Shown here: in pieces, positions 28,029-37,900 of the stretch | Numbering within the stretch: position 1 is the first letter of the stretch | Layout: each line of letters starts with the position of its first letter | Program-made: the position numbers and the translations under genes | From: Clostridia bacterium | Lineage (GTDB): Bacteria; Bacillota; Clostridia; Oscillospirales; CAG-272 | Assembly: GCA_017502135.1 (NCBI GenBank) | Contig: JAFVVP010000005.1 | Coordinates: forward strand, 180,811 to 244,810 | Reading direction: 5' to 3' | Length of the DNA stretch: 64,000 bases | Notes under the pieces: generated by a model | What the model saw: only the letters and a program-made list of their open reading frames with translations | What the model was told of the DNA's origin: nothing | Databases searched by the model: none

Positions 28029-28330
28029 GCAAGCCGCAAAGTAAGGCCATACACCTAAAAGTCGAACTGCCCACATATGCGCCACCGTATAGTCTGCTCA
28101 GAACAGGCATCCTTGCGGCGCATCAGCTAAACTGCTTAATGCTGCTTGGTTCCCCACCTGACATGGTTCACAGCCGCTGATCGCGCAAGACCCATTCCTC
28201 AACACAGCCTGCTACGGCGCAGACCACACGTACACAGCCCTCAAAATAGGAATCAACCCCTGCTATAGCGGATTTCAGGTACAAGGACCCGCTGCTCCCC
28301 CGGCTGGTATGACCTTACTTTGCGGCTTGC
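28029..28330 (-). ncRNA. ffs: signal recognition particle RNA, long (Alu-domain-containing) Firmicutes type
   Basis: A 20-bp terminal helix (28029-28048 pairs with 28311-28330, with one G.U). The domain IV motif on the minus strand, GUCAGGUGGGGAACCAAGCAGC (28141-28162), resembles E. coli 4.5S GUCAGGUCCGGAAGGAAGCAGC. It occupies the canonical position immediately upstream of dnaX and has its own consensus promoter. The exact ends are uncertain. Confidence 0.8.
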
Positions 28331-28344
28331 ATATATCAAGAGAT

Positions 28345-28373
28345 ATTATAGCATGTTTTTAGAAAGATTGCAA
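28345..28373 (-). promoter_or_regulatory. sigma-A promoter of the SRP RNA gene
   Basis: Minus strand: TTGCAA (28373-28368), 17 nt spacer, TATAAT (28350-28345), about 14 nt upstream of the terminal helix. Confidence 0.6.
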
Positions 28374-28401
28374 GAGGATTTTAGGAGAAAAGTGTGTTCG
28401 C

Positions 28402-29670
28402 TCATCCGAAAACTGCACCCGAATTCCCGTACAGAGACCGACCGCCAAGTTCTTGTTCGATCTTCAATAAACGGTTGTATTTTGCCACACGTTCAAATCG
28501 ACACGGCGCACCCGTTTTTATAAAACCGGCATTTGTGGCAACGGCGATATCAGCGATTGAGGTATCCCCCGTTTCACCTGAACGGTGAGAAATTACCGTT
28601 TTATATCCGGCTGCCTGTGCCATTCTGATAACGGCCATCGTTTCCGTCAAAGTACCGATCTGATTCGGTTTGACGAGAACGGCATTTCCCGCCTTTCTTT
28701 CAATTCCGGATTTAAGGCGCTTGGGATTCGTAACAAAATAATCGTCGCCGACGAGCATTACACGCTCTCCCATTACACCTGTCAGCATCTGCCATCCGGC
28801 ATCATCATGCTCACCCACACCGTCTTCGATTGAAATGATCGGATATTCTTTCGAAAGATTTTCCCACTCGGCAACAAGACTTTCCGTTGTCATCGTTTTT
28901 CCCGCTTTCGGAAGCCTATATTTATCCTTCTCCGCCCATTCACTTGATGCAACGTCAAGAGCAAGCTTCACCCGCTCTGTATCATATCCCGCGTGCTGAA
29001 CCGCTTCGACAATCATTTCGATCGCTTCTCTTGTATCCCTGAGATCCGGAGCAAATCCACCCTCATCGCCAACAGCAGTATTCTTCCCTTTCTTTTTCAG
29101 CTCACTCCCCAGCGCGTGATAAATCTCAACGCCCGCACAAAGCGCCTCTGCAAAACTTGCAAATCCAATCGGCACAATCATGAATTCCTGCACGTCCAAA
29201 TTATTAGCAGCATGTGCGCCGCCGTTCAGAATATTCATCATTGGCACCGGCAAACAAACACTGTTCATTCCGCCGAGATACCTGTATAAAGGGATATCCA
29301 ACGCACGCGCCGATGCACGCGCGCAAGCCAAAGAAACCGCTAGGATCGCATTGGCACCAAGATTTTCTTTGTTTTCCGTACCGTCTGCTTCCACCATGAT
29401 ACGGTCGATCTCAAAAAAAGACGCACTTTTCCCACGCACCGCCGCTCGAATCGTCGTATTGACGTTCTCAACGGCTTTTTGTACGCCTTTACCGTTATAC
29501 CGTTCTTTTTCACCGTCTCTGAGTTCAACAGCCTCATAGACGCCTGTGGAAGCACCGGAAGGGACAGACGCAGTTCCTCTTACACCGTTTTCGAGCACGA
29601 CGGTTGCTTCCACAGTCGGATTTCCTCTTGAATCCAGAACTTCCCTACCCATGACAGTTTTAATTCGCAT
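28402..29670 (-). CDS. eno: enolase (phosphopyruvate hydratase)
   Basis: ORF 28402..29799, with the start moved to [22 protein letters not shown] (ATG at 29670). The rest of the sequence is canonical enolase (..[10 protein letters not shown]..). Confidence 0.95.
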   Translation of the reverse strand: MRIKTVMGREVLDSRGNPTVEATVVLENGVRGTASVPSGASTGVYEAVELRDGEKERYNGKGVQKAVENVNTTIRAAVRGKSASFFEIDRIMVEADGTENKENLGANAILAVSLACARASARALDIPLYRYLGGMNSVCLPVPMMNILNGGAHAANNLDVQEFMIVPIGFASFAEALCAGVEIYHALGSELKKKGKNTAVGDEGGFAPDLRDTREAIEMIVEAVQHAGYDTERVKLALDVASSEWAEKDKYRLPKAGKTMTTESLVAEWENLSKEYPIISIEDGVGEHDDAGWQMLTGVMGERVMLVGDDYFVTNPKRLKSGIERKAGNAVLVKPNQIGTLTETMAVIRMAQAAGYKTVISHRSGETGDTSIADIAVATNAGFIKTGAPCRFERVAKYNRLLKIEQELGGRSLYGNSGAVFG

Positions 29671-29778
29671 ATTTTCCCCCATTGTTCTTTTCTTTAAAAA
29701 TCTGCATAGAATTTTTTTATCGGCATCAGCCATTTTGGGTTTATTTTTTCCGAAGCAATATTTTTTATACACTGCTGA

Positions 29779-29805
29779 ACGATTTTGAAAACAGAACATA
29801 TGCTG
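29779..29805 (+). promoter_or_regulatory. possible mother-cell (sigma-K/E-like) sporulation promoter for the SleL-like gene
   Basis: AC (29779-29780), 16 nt spacer, CATATGCTG (29797-29805), compared with the B. subtilis sigma-K consensus AC-N16/17-CATAnnnTA. About 30 nt upstream of the start codon. A weak, consensus-only call. Confidence 0.25.
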
Positions 29806-29837
29806 ATTATGAAATTTCTTTTTCAGGGGAGAATGTT

Positions 29838-31142
29838 ATGCTTCTATACACAGTTGAGCAAGGAGATACCGTATATTCCATCGCCGAGAAAAACGGCACG
29901 ACACCATCTCGCATTATTATCGACAACGATCTCACAAATCCGGGCAGACTTGTGGTGGGACAGTCTCTCGTGTTGCTGTATCCCACGCGTACTTACACCG
30001 TGCGCGGCGGCGATACACTTGAATCCATCGCTAAAACCTATGGAGTATCTATTCTACAACTCTGGCAGAACAATCCCGCACTCAAAGGGAGGTCGTATAT
30101 TTATCCCGGCCAAACACTCAATATCTCATACGAAACGCCGCCGCTCGGGCGGATTCGCGTAAATGGGTACGCTTATCCGTATATCGACCGCTCTGTCCTC
30201 AGAACCACGCTTCCCTATCTAACATATCTCTCTATATTCACCTACGGATTCCGTCCGGACGGCACTCTCATCCCTCCTACGGGCGGAGACGAAGAGATGA
30301 TCGGGATTGCAAAAGAATACGGAACGGTTCCCCTCATGATGCTGACTTCCCTAACAGAGGAAGGAACGTTTTCAAACGAACTGGTAGCAAGCCTTCTTGC
30401 CGATCCCGCTTTGCAGAGCACGGTTATCGAAAATGCTCTCAGCGTGATCCGTCAAAAAGGCTACGGCGGACTCGACGTCGATTTCGAATACATTCCTGCT
30501 CAATTTGCAGAAACGTATGCGGAATTCTTAACGATGTTAAGGCAGAGGCTTTCAGCGGAAGGATACGTTCTTTTTGCTTCGCTGGCACCCAAAACCTCCG
30601 CCACTCAGCGCGGTCTCCTTTACGAGGGGCACGATTATCCGTCGGTCGGTGCAGCGGTTGACTATGTTCTTCTTATGACATATGAATGGGGATACACGTA
30701 TGGACCGCCGCTTGCCATCGCACCGATCGAAAACGTACGAGGTGTCATCGATTACGCCGTAACGGAAATTCCGCCGTCAAAAATCTTTTTGGGGATTCCG
30801 AATTACGCCTACAACTGGACGCTCCCCTACGTGCGTGGGGAATCGCAGGCACAAGCTCTTTCGAATGTCGCGGCCATCGGGCTCGCCACAGAAAAGAATG
30901 CGGAAATCCAGTTTGATGAAACAGCACAAACGCCGTTTTTTAAATACTTTGAATACTCAGCACAGGCAAAAAAAACAGTGGAGCACGAAGTTTGGTTTGA
31001 AGATGCACGCAGCGTGGAGGCAAAACTGCGTCTCCTTAACGAATATAACCTTGCAGGCGCCAGCATCTGGCAGATCATGAAATACTTCCCGCAACTGTGG
31101 CTAGTTTTGAACGCGCTTTATTCCATCGAAAAGCTATACTGA
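29838..31142 (+). CDS. LysM-LysM-GH18 glycosidase, SleL/YaaH-like spore cortex hydrolase
   Basis: ORF 29682..31142, with the start moved to MLLYTVEQGDTVYSIA (ATG at 29838, AGGGGA SD). Two LysM repeats and the GH18 catalytic motif GGLDVDFEY. Confidence 0.85.
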   Translation: MLLYTVEQGDTVYSIAEKNGTTPSRIIIDNDLTNPGRLVVGQSLVLLYPTRTYTVRGGDTLESIAKTYGVSILQLWQNNPALKGRSYIYPGQTLNISYETPPLGRIRVNGYAYPYIDRSVLRTTLPYLTYLSIFTYGFRPDGTLIPPTGGDEEMIGIAKEYGTVPLMMLTSLTEEGTFSNELVASLLADPALQSTVIENALSVIRQKGYGGLDVDFEYIPAQFAETYAEFLTMLRQRLSAEGYVLFASLAPKTSATQRGLLYEGHDYPSVGAAVDYVLLMTYEWGYTYGPPLAIAPIENVRGVIDYAVTEIPPSKIFLGIPNYAYNWTLPYVRGESQAQALSNVAAIGLATEKNAEIQFDETAQTPFFKYFEYSAQAKKTVEHEVWFEDARSVEAKLRLLNEYNLAGASIWQIMKYFPQLWLVLNALYSIEKLY

Positions 31143-31180
31143 AAAACGCGCATACGGGGTTTCCCGTATGCGCGTTTTCA
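31143..31180. terminator. bidirectional intrinsic terminator between the convergent SleL-like and DUF4430 genes
   Basis: Stem ACGCGCATACGGG (31147-31159) paired with CCCGTATGCGCGT (31164-31176), flanked by an A-run and a T-run. Confidence 0.85.
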
Positions 31181-31204
31181 TATATGCCTACTCAGAAAAG
31201 CGGA

Positions 31205-31651
31205 TTATTTCTCGTCATCCTCTGCCTCTTTGATCAGCTCTTCCGTGGACTCTGCCACGTACGTGAACACGATCTCGTCGCCTTCCTTGATCTGGTTGGT
31301 ACCTGCGCGGCCGGTTTCGACCTTTTCGCCGTTAATGGTGTATTCCCAGAAGTAGGTGTAGCCTCCCTCAGTCTTATCTGCGTATTCACCGATGGAAGTG
31401 ATGGAATACTCGTCTGCCACGTAGTCTATCTCGTTGTTGTCAAATGCGGTAAGCGCTGCAAGGAGAACAGTTACAGGTTCGTCAGCGGTAGTTTCAACCT
31501 CTACAGCAACGGGGCCAAGAAGATTGTCACCGTTAACGACAACGGTAACAACTGCATTGAGCGTTACCTTTTCAACCGTAGTACAGCCAACAAAAGAAGC
31601 GGTGAGCATAAGCATTGCGACTGCAAAAGCGATAATTCTAAACTTTTTCAT
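31205..31651 (-). CDS. DUF4430-domain lipoprotein
   Basis: ORF 31205..31666, with the start moved to MKKFRIIAFAVAMLMLTASFVGC (lipobox). The C-terminal region ..YFWEYTINGEKVETGRAGTNQIKEGDEIVFTY fits DUF4430. Confidence 0.75.
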   Translation of the reverse strand: MKKFRIIAFAVAMLMLTASFVGCTTVEKVTLNAVVTVVVNGDNLLGPVAVEVETTADEPVTVLLAALTAFDNNEIDYVADEYSITSIGEYADKTEGGYTYFWEYTINGEKVETGRAGTNQIKEGDEIVFTYVAESTEELIKEAEDDEK

Positions 31652-31690
31652 AATGCGTACCTCCAAAAATATACTATATGGTGCTGATTA

Positions 31691-31719
31691 ATTATATAAT
31701 AAGTTCCAAAAAAAGTCAA
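31691..31719 (-). promoter_or_regulatory. sigma-A promoter of the DUF4430 gene
   Basis: Minus strand: TTGACT (31719-31714), 17 nt spacer, TATAAT (31696-31691). Confidence 0.6.
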
Positions 31720-31777
31720 GAGAAAGTGTGAATTCGGTCATGCAAATATATCCACGGTATACTGCGGGAATTTCTTA

Positions 31778-34495
31778 TTACGTATCGCCGTAAATATCAT
31801 CCTCGTTTACATTCTCATCTTCTCCGCCCGATTCTCTGGCATTCCATTCGGGATGCTCCCTGAACCACCGGTCGAAGTCGAAGTAATCGTAGCAGAACTT
31901 GTTATAGAAACTCCACACGTTCGTTTTACCAACATATACACCGCTCGGGATTGTGTTTTGGAAGAAAGGCTCCGCCCAACCGCCGCCGGGCAGAACATTC
32001 TCGGGCAGATCGCGGTAGACATACTGCGCATCCGTAACAGTTACCTCAATCGGGAACGCACGGTTCTCGACACGAATCAGTGCAACGTCTTTAAGATTCG
32101 CGAAATTCCCGGTGTATTCCTCTACGTCGAGGACAACGCCGCCTACGACCGTATCATACTTCACAACAACGTGGACGTCGCACTCTTTCGTAGGCATGTT
32201 ATCCTTGGTAAAGTATCCTTTAGAAATCCGATGGCCACGGGGGTCAAGGTAGCATGCTTCAGATGGCATCATGCCGGAATCAAGACAAAATTCGCACTCA
32301 ATAACGCCCGCCGCATTGGTGAATTTTTCGAGGGGGGCACCGCCGCTGTTTGCTTCATCAATATATTTTTGATGAAGTTTTGTCATAACAACATCCCAAA
32401 CGAGACACGAGGGGTTGCGGGTAAAATCGCTCAGCGTCTGATTCATATCGTAGCCAAACCAAACACCGCCCACGTAATAGGGCGTATAACCTACAAACCA
32501 GCGGTCAAAATCATTGCCGGCTGTACCGGTTTTACCTGCTACGTCGACCGTTTTGCGGAGCGTAACGGACGTACCCGTACCCTGATTCATGACGTTGTTC
32601 ATCATAACCGTCATGATGGAAGCGGTCTGATCGCTGATGACGATATTCGATTTGCTCTCGTTTTCAAGGATCAGATTGCCCTCGCTGTCATACACGTACA
32701 AAAACGTACGCGGCTCATTATAAACGCCGTTGTTTTGGAAAATAGCATACGCCGCTGTGATCTCCTCAACAGTAAGTCCAAAGCTCATCTGTCCGAGTGC
32801 CAAAGACGCAAGTCCCTTATCGCTGAAAACCGTACCGCTTGCTGTTGTGTACGATTCAACGAAACTGTCAATGCCAAGTTTATTCTTCACAAAGTCAAAC
32901 GACTTTTCAAGTGTTAGATCCTGCAGGACACGGACTGCAATGGTGTTTTTAGACGTAATAATCGCCTGATTAATAGTAGTAAGACCGGCGTACGTATGCG
33001 GAAGATTGGAAGGCCATGCCGCAGGCGCTTTCTTCTTGATTGCGGATCCGTCTGCAGCAGTCTCAACTACGTTCCAATTCACATCGTAATCACCGAAGGT
33101 TACGGGAACGTCATCAAGAACCGATCCGAAATTGATAAGTCCTGCGTCAAGTGCGGGGGCATATACCGCAATAGGTTTAATTGACGAACCCGGCGAACGC
33201 GTAGCATCCGTCGCGCGGTTCGTAATACGGTTACTGGTCTTTTCGCCGCGGCCGCCTACAATACCCAAAACATCACCCGTATAGGGGTCAATAACGACCA
33301 TAGCCGACTCCGGCTGCAATCCGTCGTTAGAATACGGAAAATACTCCTTGTCGTTCTCGTAAACTTCTTCCATGATGCTCTGGACTTCCGGATCCATAAC
33401 GGTATATATCTTAAGGCCGCCCGACCAGATCATCATACTGGCAGCGTACTGATCGTAACCGTATTTTTCCATGAGGGCATCGCGAACGTCAATGAAAAGG
33501 GATTCCTGATACCAGGAGAAAACGGTATTGGGATCGTCGTCATCGTTGTCGTTATTTAAAACGAGCACCAGTTCTTCATTTTGCGCCCGGTTCTTTTCTG
33601 CAAGGGTGATATACCCTTCCTCCCACATACGCTCCAGTACTGTGTACCGCCGATCGGCATTGTGCTCGGGGAACCGTACAGGATCGTAGTATGACGGATT
33701 CTTTACAATCGCCGCGAGTGCGGCACATTCAACAAGAGTGAGATCACTTAACTCTTTGCCGAAGAAGTAGTTTGCTGCCGCCCGCACACCTGTACAGTTA
33801 TTGGAAAGGTAAATGATATTGAGGTACAATTCAAGGATTTCTTCCTTGCTCTTTTCTTTCTCCAAATTCAAGGAGCGAAGAATTTCCTGCACCTTACGCT
33901 GAATGCGAACCTCATCATCCTTTGTCAGGTTTTTTACCAACTGCTGTGTAATGGTGGAGGCACCGCGAATTTCCTCAAATCCCAAAAAGAAATTCACCAC
34001 TGCTTTACCTGTACCGATCCAGTCTACGCCGTTGTGCTTATAGAATCTGTGATCTTCAATGGCAATAAAGGATTGATACAAATATTCCGGAAACTGCGTA
34101 TAGGAAGCCCAAAGACTGTTTTCGGATGCGTAAATGCGCTGGTCCTCCAGTTCAACCGGCGTACCGTTTCGATTTTGGCGGTCTTCCGGTGTCGCGTAAT
34201 CCATATAGTAGATGCGGGTTGTGGTATCCGCGCCCGTGGTATGGAGAAGCGACGTGTCGAGTGTGGGATCAATATGATTTTCAATATAGATCGCAAAAAC
34301 ACCGCAAACGATAATACCGGTAATCAGCCCTATGAGGAGCACGGTAAGAACAATATTAAAAGTATAGGAGAGAAGTTTCAAGAGCACCTTTCCGATTACG
34401 GAAACAGCGCGAAGCACTTCATGCCCCCAATTAACACCTCCCGGTGTCTTGCCGATATTATGATTATTCGTCATCAGTTTTTCCAATCCTTTCAT
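31778..34495 (-). CDS. class A penicillin-binding protein (PBP1A family transglycosylase/transpeptidase)
   Basis: GT51 motifs (EDHRFYKHNGVD, RGASTITQQ). Transpeptidase motifs SPGSSIKP (SxxK) and KTGTAGN. N-terminal TM anchor. Confidence 0.9.
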   Translation of the reverse strand: MKGLEKLMTNNHNIGKTPGGVNWGHEVLRAVSVIGKVLLKLLSYTFNIVLTVLLIGLITGIIVCGVFAIYIENHIDPTLDTSLLHTTGADTTTRIYYMDYATPEDRQNRNGTPVELEDQRIYASENSLWASYTQFPEYLYQSFIAIEDHRFYKHNGVDWIGTGKAVVNFFLGFEEIRGASTITQQLVKNLTKDDEVRIQRKVQEILRSLNLEKEKSKEEILELYLNIIYLSNNCTGVRAAANYFFGKELSDLTLVECAALAAIVKNPSYYDPVRFPEHNADRRYTVLERMWEEGYITLAEKNRAQNEELVLVLNNDNDDDDPNTVFSWYQESLFIDVRDALMEKYGYDQYAASMMIWSGGLKIYTVMDPEVQSIMEEVYENDKEYFPYSNDGLQPESAMVVIDPYTGDVLGIVGGRGEKTSNRITNRATDATRSPGSSIKPIAVYAPALDAGLINFGSVLDDVPVTFGDYDVNWNVVETAADGSAIKKKAPAAWPSNLPHTYAGLTTINQAIITSKNTIAVRVLQDLTLEKSFDFVKNKLGIDSFVESYTTASGTVFSDKGLASLALGQMSFGLTVEEITAAYAIFQNNGVYNEPRTFLYVYDSEGNLILENESKSNIVISDQTASIMTVMMNNVMNQGTGTSVTLRKTVDVAGKTGTAGNDFDRWFVGYTPYYVGGVWFGYDMNQTLSDFTRNPSCLVWDVVMTKLHQKYIDEANSGGAPLEKFTNAAGVIECEFCLDSGMMPSEACYLDPRGHRISKGYFTKDNMPTKECDVHVVVKYDTVVGGVVLDVEEYTGNFANLKDVALIRVENRAFPIEVTVTDAQYVYRDLPENVLPGGGWAEPFFQNTIPSGVYVGKTNVWSFYNKFCYDYFDFDRWFREHPEWNARESGGEDENVNEDDIYGDT

Positions 34496-34628
34496 AATCC
34501 CATCCCGACAAAGGTCGGAAAAGAAAACAAAAACACAAAAGTTTTTTATTATTATAGACCATTATTTTGAATAGAGTGTGAAGATATGCCAATAATATTA
34601 GGAAAATAAAAAAACAAGGGGATTCTCC

Positions 34629-34991
34629 GTGAAGAAAAAGGTCGATTTTTCAGAAATAAAAACAAGATTGTTTATCTACAGAGCACTGTTACTTTCTGTC
34701 ATCCTTACAACTCTGTGCTTATCAGTGAGCGTAAATGTTAAAGTGAAGCATTTGGAGGAGAAGATCTTATCTCCAAGTATTGAAGCTTCGATAGCCATGA
34801 ACGAAAAGTTTATCCTTCGTGAGTATGAGGGACGGATCGGCATTTTTGTAGCCGGTGAAAAAGAGCCGCTCGAAGTATTGAACGTATTTGTCTTCACTCT
34901 GCCGACGACAGACCGTGCAGCCTTGAAAATCGGCATTACTGTGTACGGTGCGGATGCACTCAGAACGCTGATTGAGGATTTCACCGCCTGA
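34629..34991 (+). CDS. small membrane-anchored protein (BofC-like C-terminal region), function unknown
   Basis: GTG start with an AAGGGGA SD. One TM helix. The C-terminal ILREYEGRIGIF....PLEVLNVFVFTLPTTDRAALKIGITVYGADALRTLIEDF pattern is recalled from small sporulation-associated proteins. Low-certainty family call. Confidence 0.45.
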   Translation: MKKKVDFSEIKTRLFIYRALLLSVILTTLCLSVSVNVKVKHLEEKILSPSIEASIAMNEKFILREYEGRIGIFVAGEKEPLEVLNVFVFTLPTTDRAALKIGITVYGADALRTLIEDFTA

Positions 34992-34998
34992 ACGGTGA

Positions 34999-37900
34999 TC
35001 AGCGAAGGACAACCGCATCTTCTCCAAGAAACTCGACGAGTTCTTTCATCACGAAAGGAGTCGGCGTTGTTTTGTAGGTTTTCGATGTCAGATATTTTCC
35101 CTGAGATGCATCATAAAACACAACCGGAACGGATCCCGTAAAAATCATGAGAAAGCTCTGCACACGCCGGCTGACGGGACTGTCCATACTGTCGACTTTA
35201 AGATAAAGTTTAGACGACGCTTTCCCGGGAATATCTTTCGAGCCCTCTTTCTCATCCGTTTTGAGAGATTTTGCCGTCTGTGCCGTTTGTTCATAAACAC
35301 CGTTTTCAAGCAAGAGCTCCGCACTCTGCATCAGGATCTTCGGATCTTCCTCTTCACGAACGGAAATGCTTCCCTTTACGGCGATGGAAGTATTGAGCGT
35401 AAGATAGCCCGAGAAAGCGCTGAGCGCTTTCGGAAAAACGATCACCTCTACCTCACCGGTTCTGTCCTCAAGGGTCAAAAACGCCATCTGCTCACCGGAT
35501 CGGGTGGCTTTGTTCTGTCTTTTTGTAATCATTCCGGCGATGTGAACGCGCTGTTTATCCGCATACTCTTTGCGAGTGCCGCCATTCGCACCCTCATCGG
35601 AGGATGCCTCCTCTTCGGTTTCAAATGAAGCCTTGATATTCGAAATCAAATCGGGACGGATCGCCGCAAGGTGCTTTTCATATTCGTCCAGAATATGACC
35701 GGAGAAATAAAGGCCGGAGCTTTCTTTTTCAAGCCGCAGAAGATCTCTGCCACTGTATTCGGGAATATCCGGCAAAGTAATCGCGGGAATCGTGTGCGGC
35801 CGATTGTCCGATGCAGCGGCCGAAAACAGATCAATCTGCCCATCGAGCGACATTCTGCCTGCTGACGCGCGCGACTCAAGTACGGACTCGTACACGGTAA
35901 GCATCTGACTGCGCTTGGCACCGAGTCCGTCAAGTGCGCCCGATTTTATGAGCATTTCAAGCTGTCGTTTGTTCATGGACAAACCGCTCATACGGGTGAT
36001 GAAATCGTCAAACGAGATAAATTTGCCTCCTCGATTTCGTTCGGTGATGAGTGTATCCACAAACTGCTTGCCAAGATTTTTGAGAGCGAGCAGTCCGAAA
36101 CGGATATTTTTTCCGTCCACGTGGAAATCCCGTGCACTTTCGTTTACGTGCGGCGGCAGAATGCGAATACCGATACGAGAACACTCAGCGATATACTCCG
36201 CCATTTTATCCGACGATCCCAAAACGGATGTGAGAAGCGCACTCTCATATTCACGCGGATAATGCGCTTTCAGATACGCGGTTCTGTATGACAGAATGCC
36301 GTAGGCGGCCGCGTGGCTTTTGTTGAAGGCATAGTTGGCAAAGCCAACGATCTCTTCAAACAGTTCTCTCGCGGAATTCTCGGGCACGCCGTGCTCCGAT
36401 GCGCCCGCGAGGAAGGCTGTCCGTTCATTTTCGAGAACGTCCAGCTTCTTTTTTGAGATTGCACGGCGCACGACGTCCGCACGGCCAAGAGTATAACCTG
36501 CAACGACACGGAAGATCTGCATTACCTGCTCCTGGTAGACAATACAGCCGTTCGTTACATCGAGTATCGGCGCAAGAAGAGGCGTTGCGTAACGAATCCT
36601 CGTGCGGTCGCGGCTGTTCTCAATGTATTTAGGAATAGAATCCATCGGCCCCGGACGGTAGAGTGCAATTGCGGCAATAATATCGTCGATACGTGAAGGT
36701 TTCATCTGGATAAGCGTCTGGCGCATACCGCCCGACTCGAGCTGAAAAACGCCGTCCGTTTTGCCGGAGGCAATAAGATCAAACGTCTTCTTATCATCTA
36801 CCGGAATTTTAGAAATGTCAAAATCTTTATGCCGTTCACGGATCTGCGACTCCGCCTCTGCAATAATCGTAAGATACCGAAGTGCAAGAAAGTCAAATTT
36901 CAAGAGTCCCAGCTCGGCTACCGTATTCATATCGAACTGCGTAACGACGATGCCGTTATTCACGGCGAGCGGGACGTAATCCGCCACGGGACGTTCAGTA
37001 ATAACCACGCCGGCCGCGTGGGTAGATGCGTGCCGCGGCATCCCTTCGAGCGCCATGGCTGTATCGACAAGGCGTCGGATCTCTGCGCTCTCATCGTACA
37101 TAGTTTTAAGCGTCTGCAGTTTCAAGGCATCTTTGAGCGTGATGCCCAATGCGTGGGGGATCTGTCTCGCTACCTCATCAACCTCGGAATAGGACATGCC
37201 GAGGGCTCGTCCGACATCACGTATAACGGCGCGTGCCGCCATCGTTCCGAATGTAATGATTTGCGCCGTGTGGTCTTCACCGTACTTTTCACGCACGTAA
37301 TCAATTGCCTCATCGCGGCGGTCATAACAAAAGTCGATATCAAAGTCCGGCATGCTGACGCGTTCAGGATTCAAAAAACGCTCAAAGAGAAGATCAAAGC
37401 GCAAAGGATCAACGTCTGTAATACCGATAAGATATGCAATAAGACTGCCGGCACCGGAACCGCGCCCGGGGCCCACCGGTATCCCCTCCGCTTTGGAGTG
37501 GCTGACGAAATCCCACACAATGAGATAGTACTCACTGTATCCCATTTTTTCGATAACGGACAACTCATATTCCATTCTCTCGCGGTATGATTCCTCCGTG
37601 TTCTTATCGGTGAATACAATATGACCCGCCGTAGTTTTTTCCTCAAAGGACTTCTCGGAAAGATTCTTCAGATATTCGCCCGGTGCCATACCGTTTTCCG
37701 TATGAAACCTCGGAAGCTCCGTATGACCGAAGGTGAAATGGAAATCGCACATATCGGCAATTTTTGCGGTGTTTTGAATGGCACCCGGGTATTCACCGAA
37801 GAGTTTTTCCATTTCCCAGGTGTTTTTATAGTAGAACTCGTCCGTCTCAAAGCCGATCGGACGGCCGTCGGTAATGACGTTGTTCGTTTGGATGCACATA

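Noticed and set aside
27956-28523. ORFs 27956..28180 (+), 28320..28523 (+) and 28394..28588 (+) in or next to the dnaX-eno gap.
   Set aside because: The region is explained by the SRP RNA gene and its promoter. The ORFs lack SD sequences and any recognisable protein features.
29671-29799. N-terminal extensions in the ORF track: enolase (29671-29799), recN (43955-44098), argR (44412-44582), ruvC (17712-17774), ecfA2 (15331-15447), truA, the DRTGG gene (4123-4272), trkA, the M23 peptidase and the SleL-like gene.
   Set aside because: The conserved protein N-termini begin at internal Met codons that have SD sequences and/or overlap the upstream stop. Several extensions run into promoters or neighbouring genes. 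The starts were trimmed accordingly.
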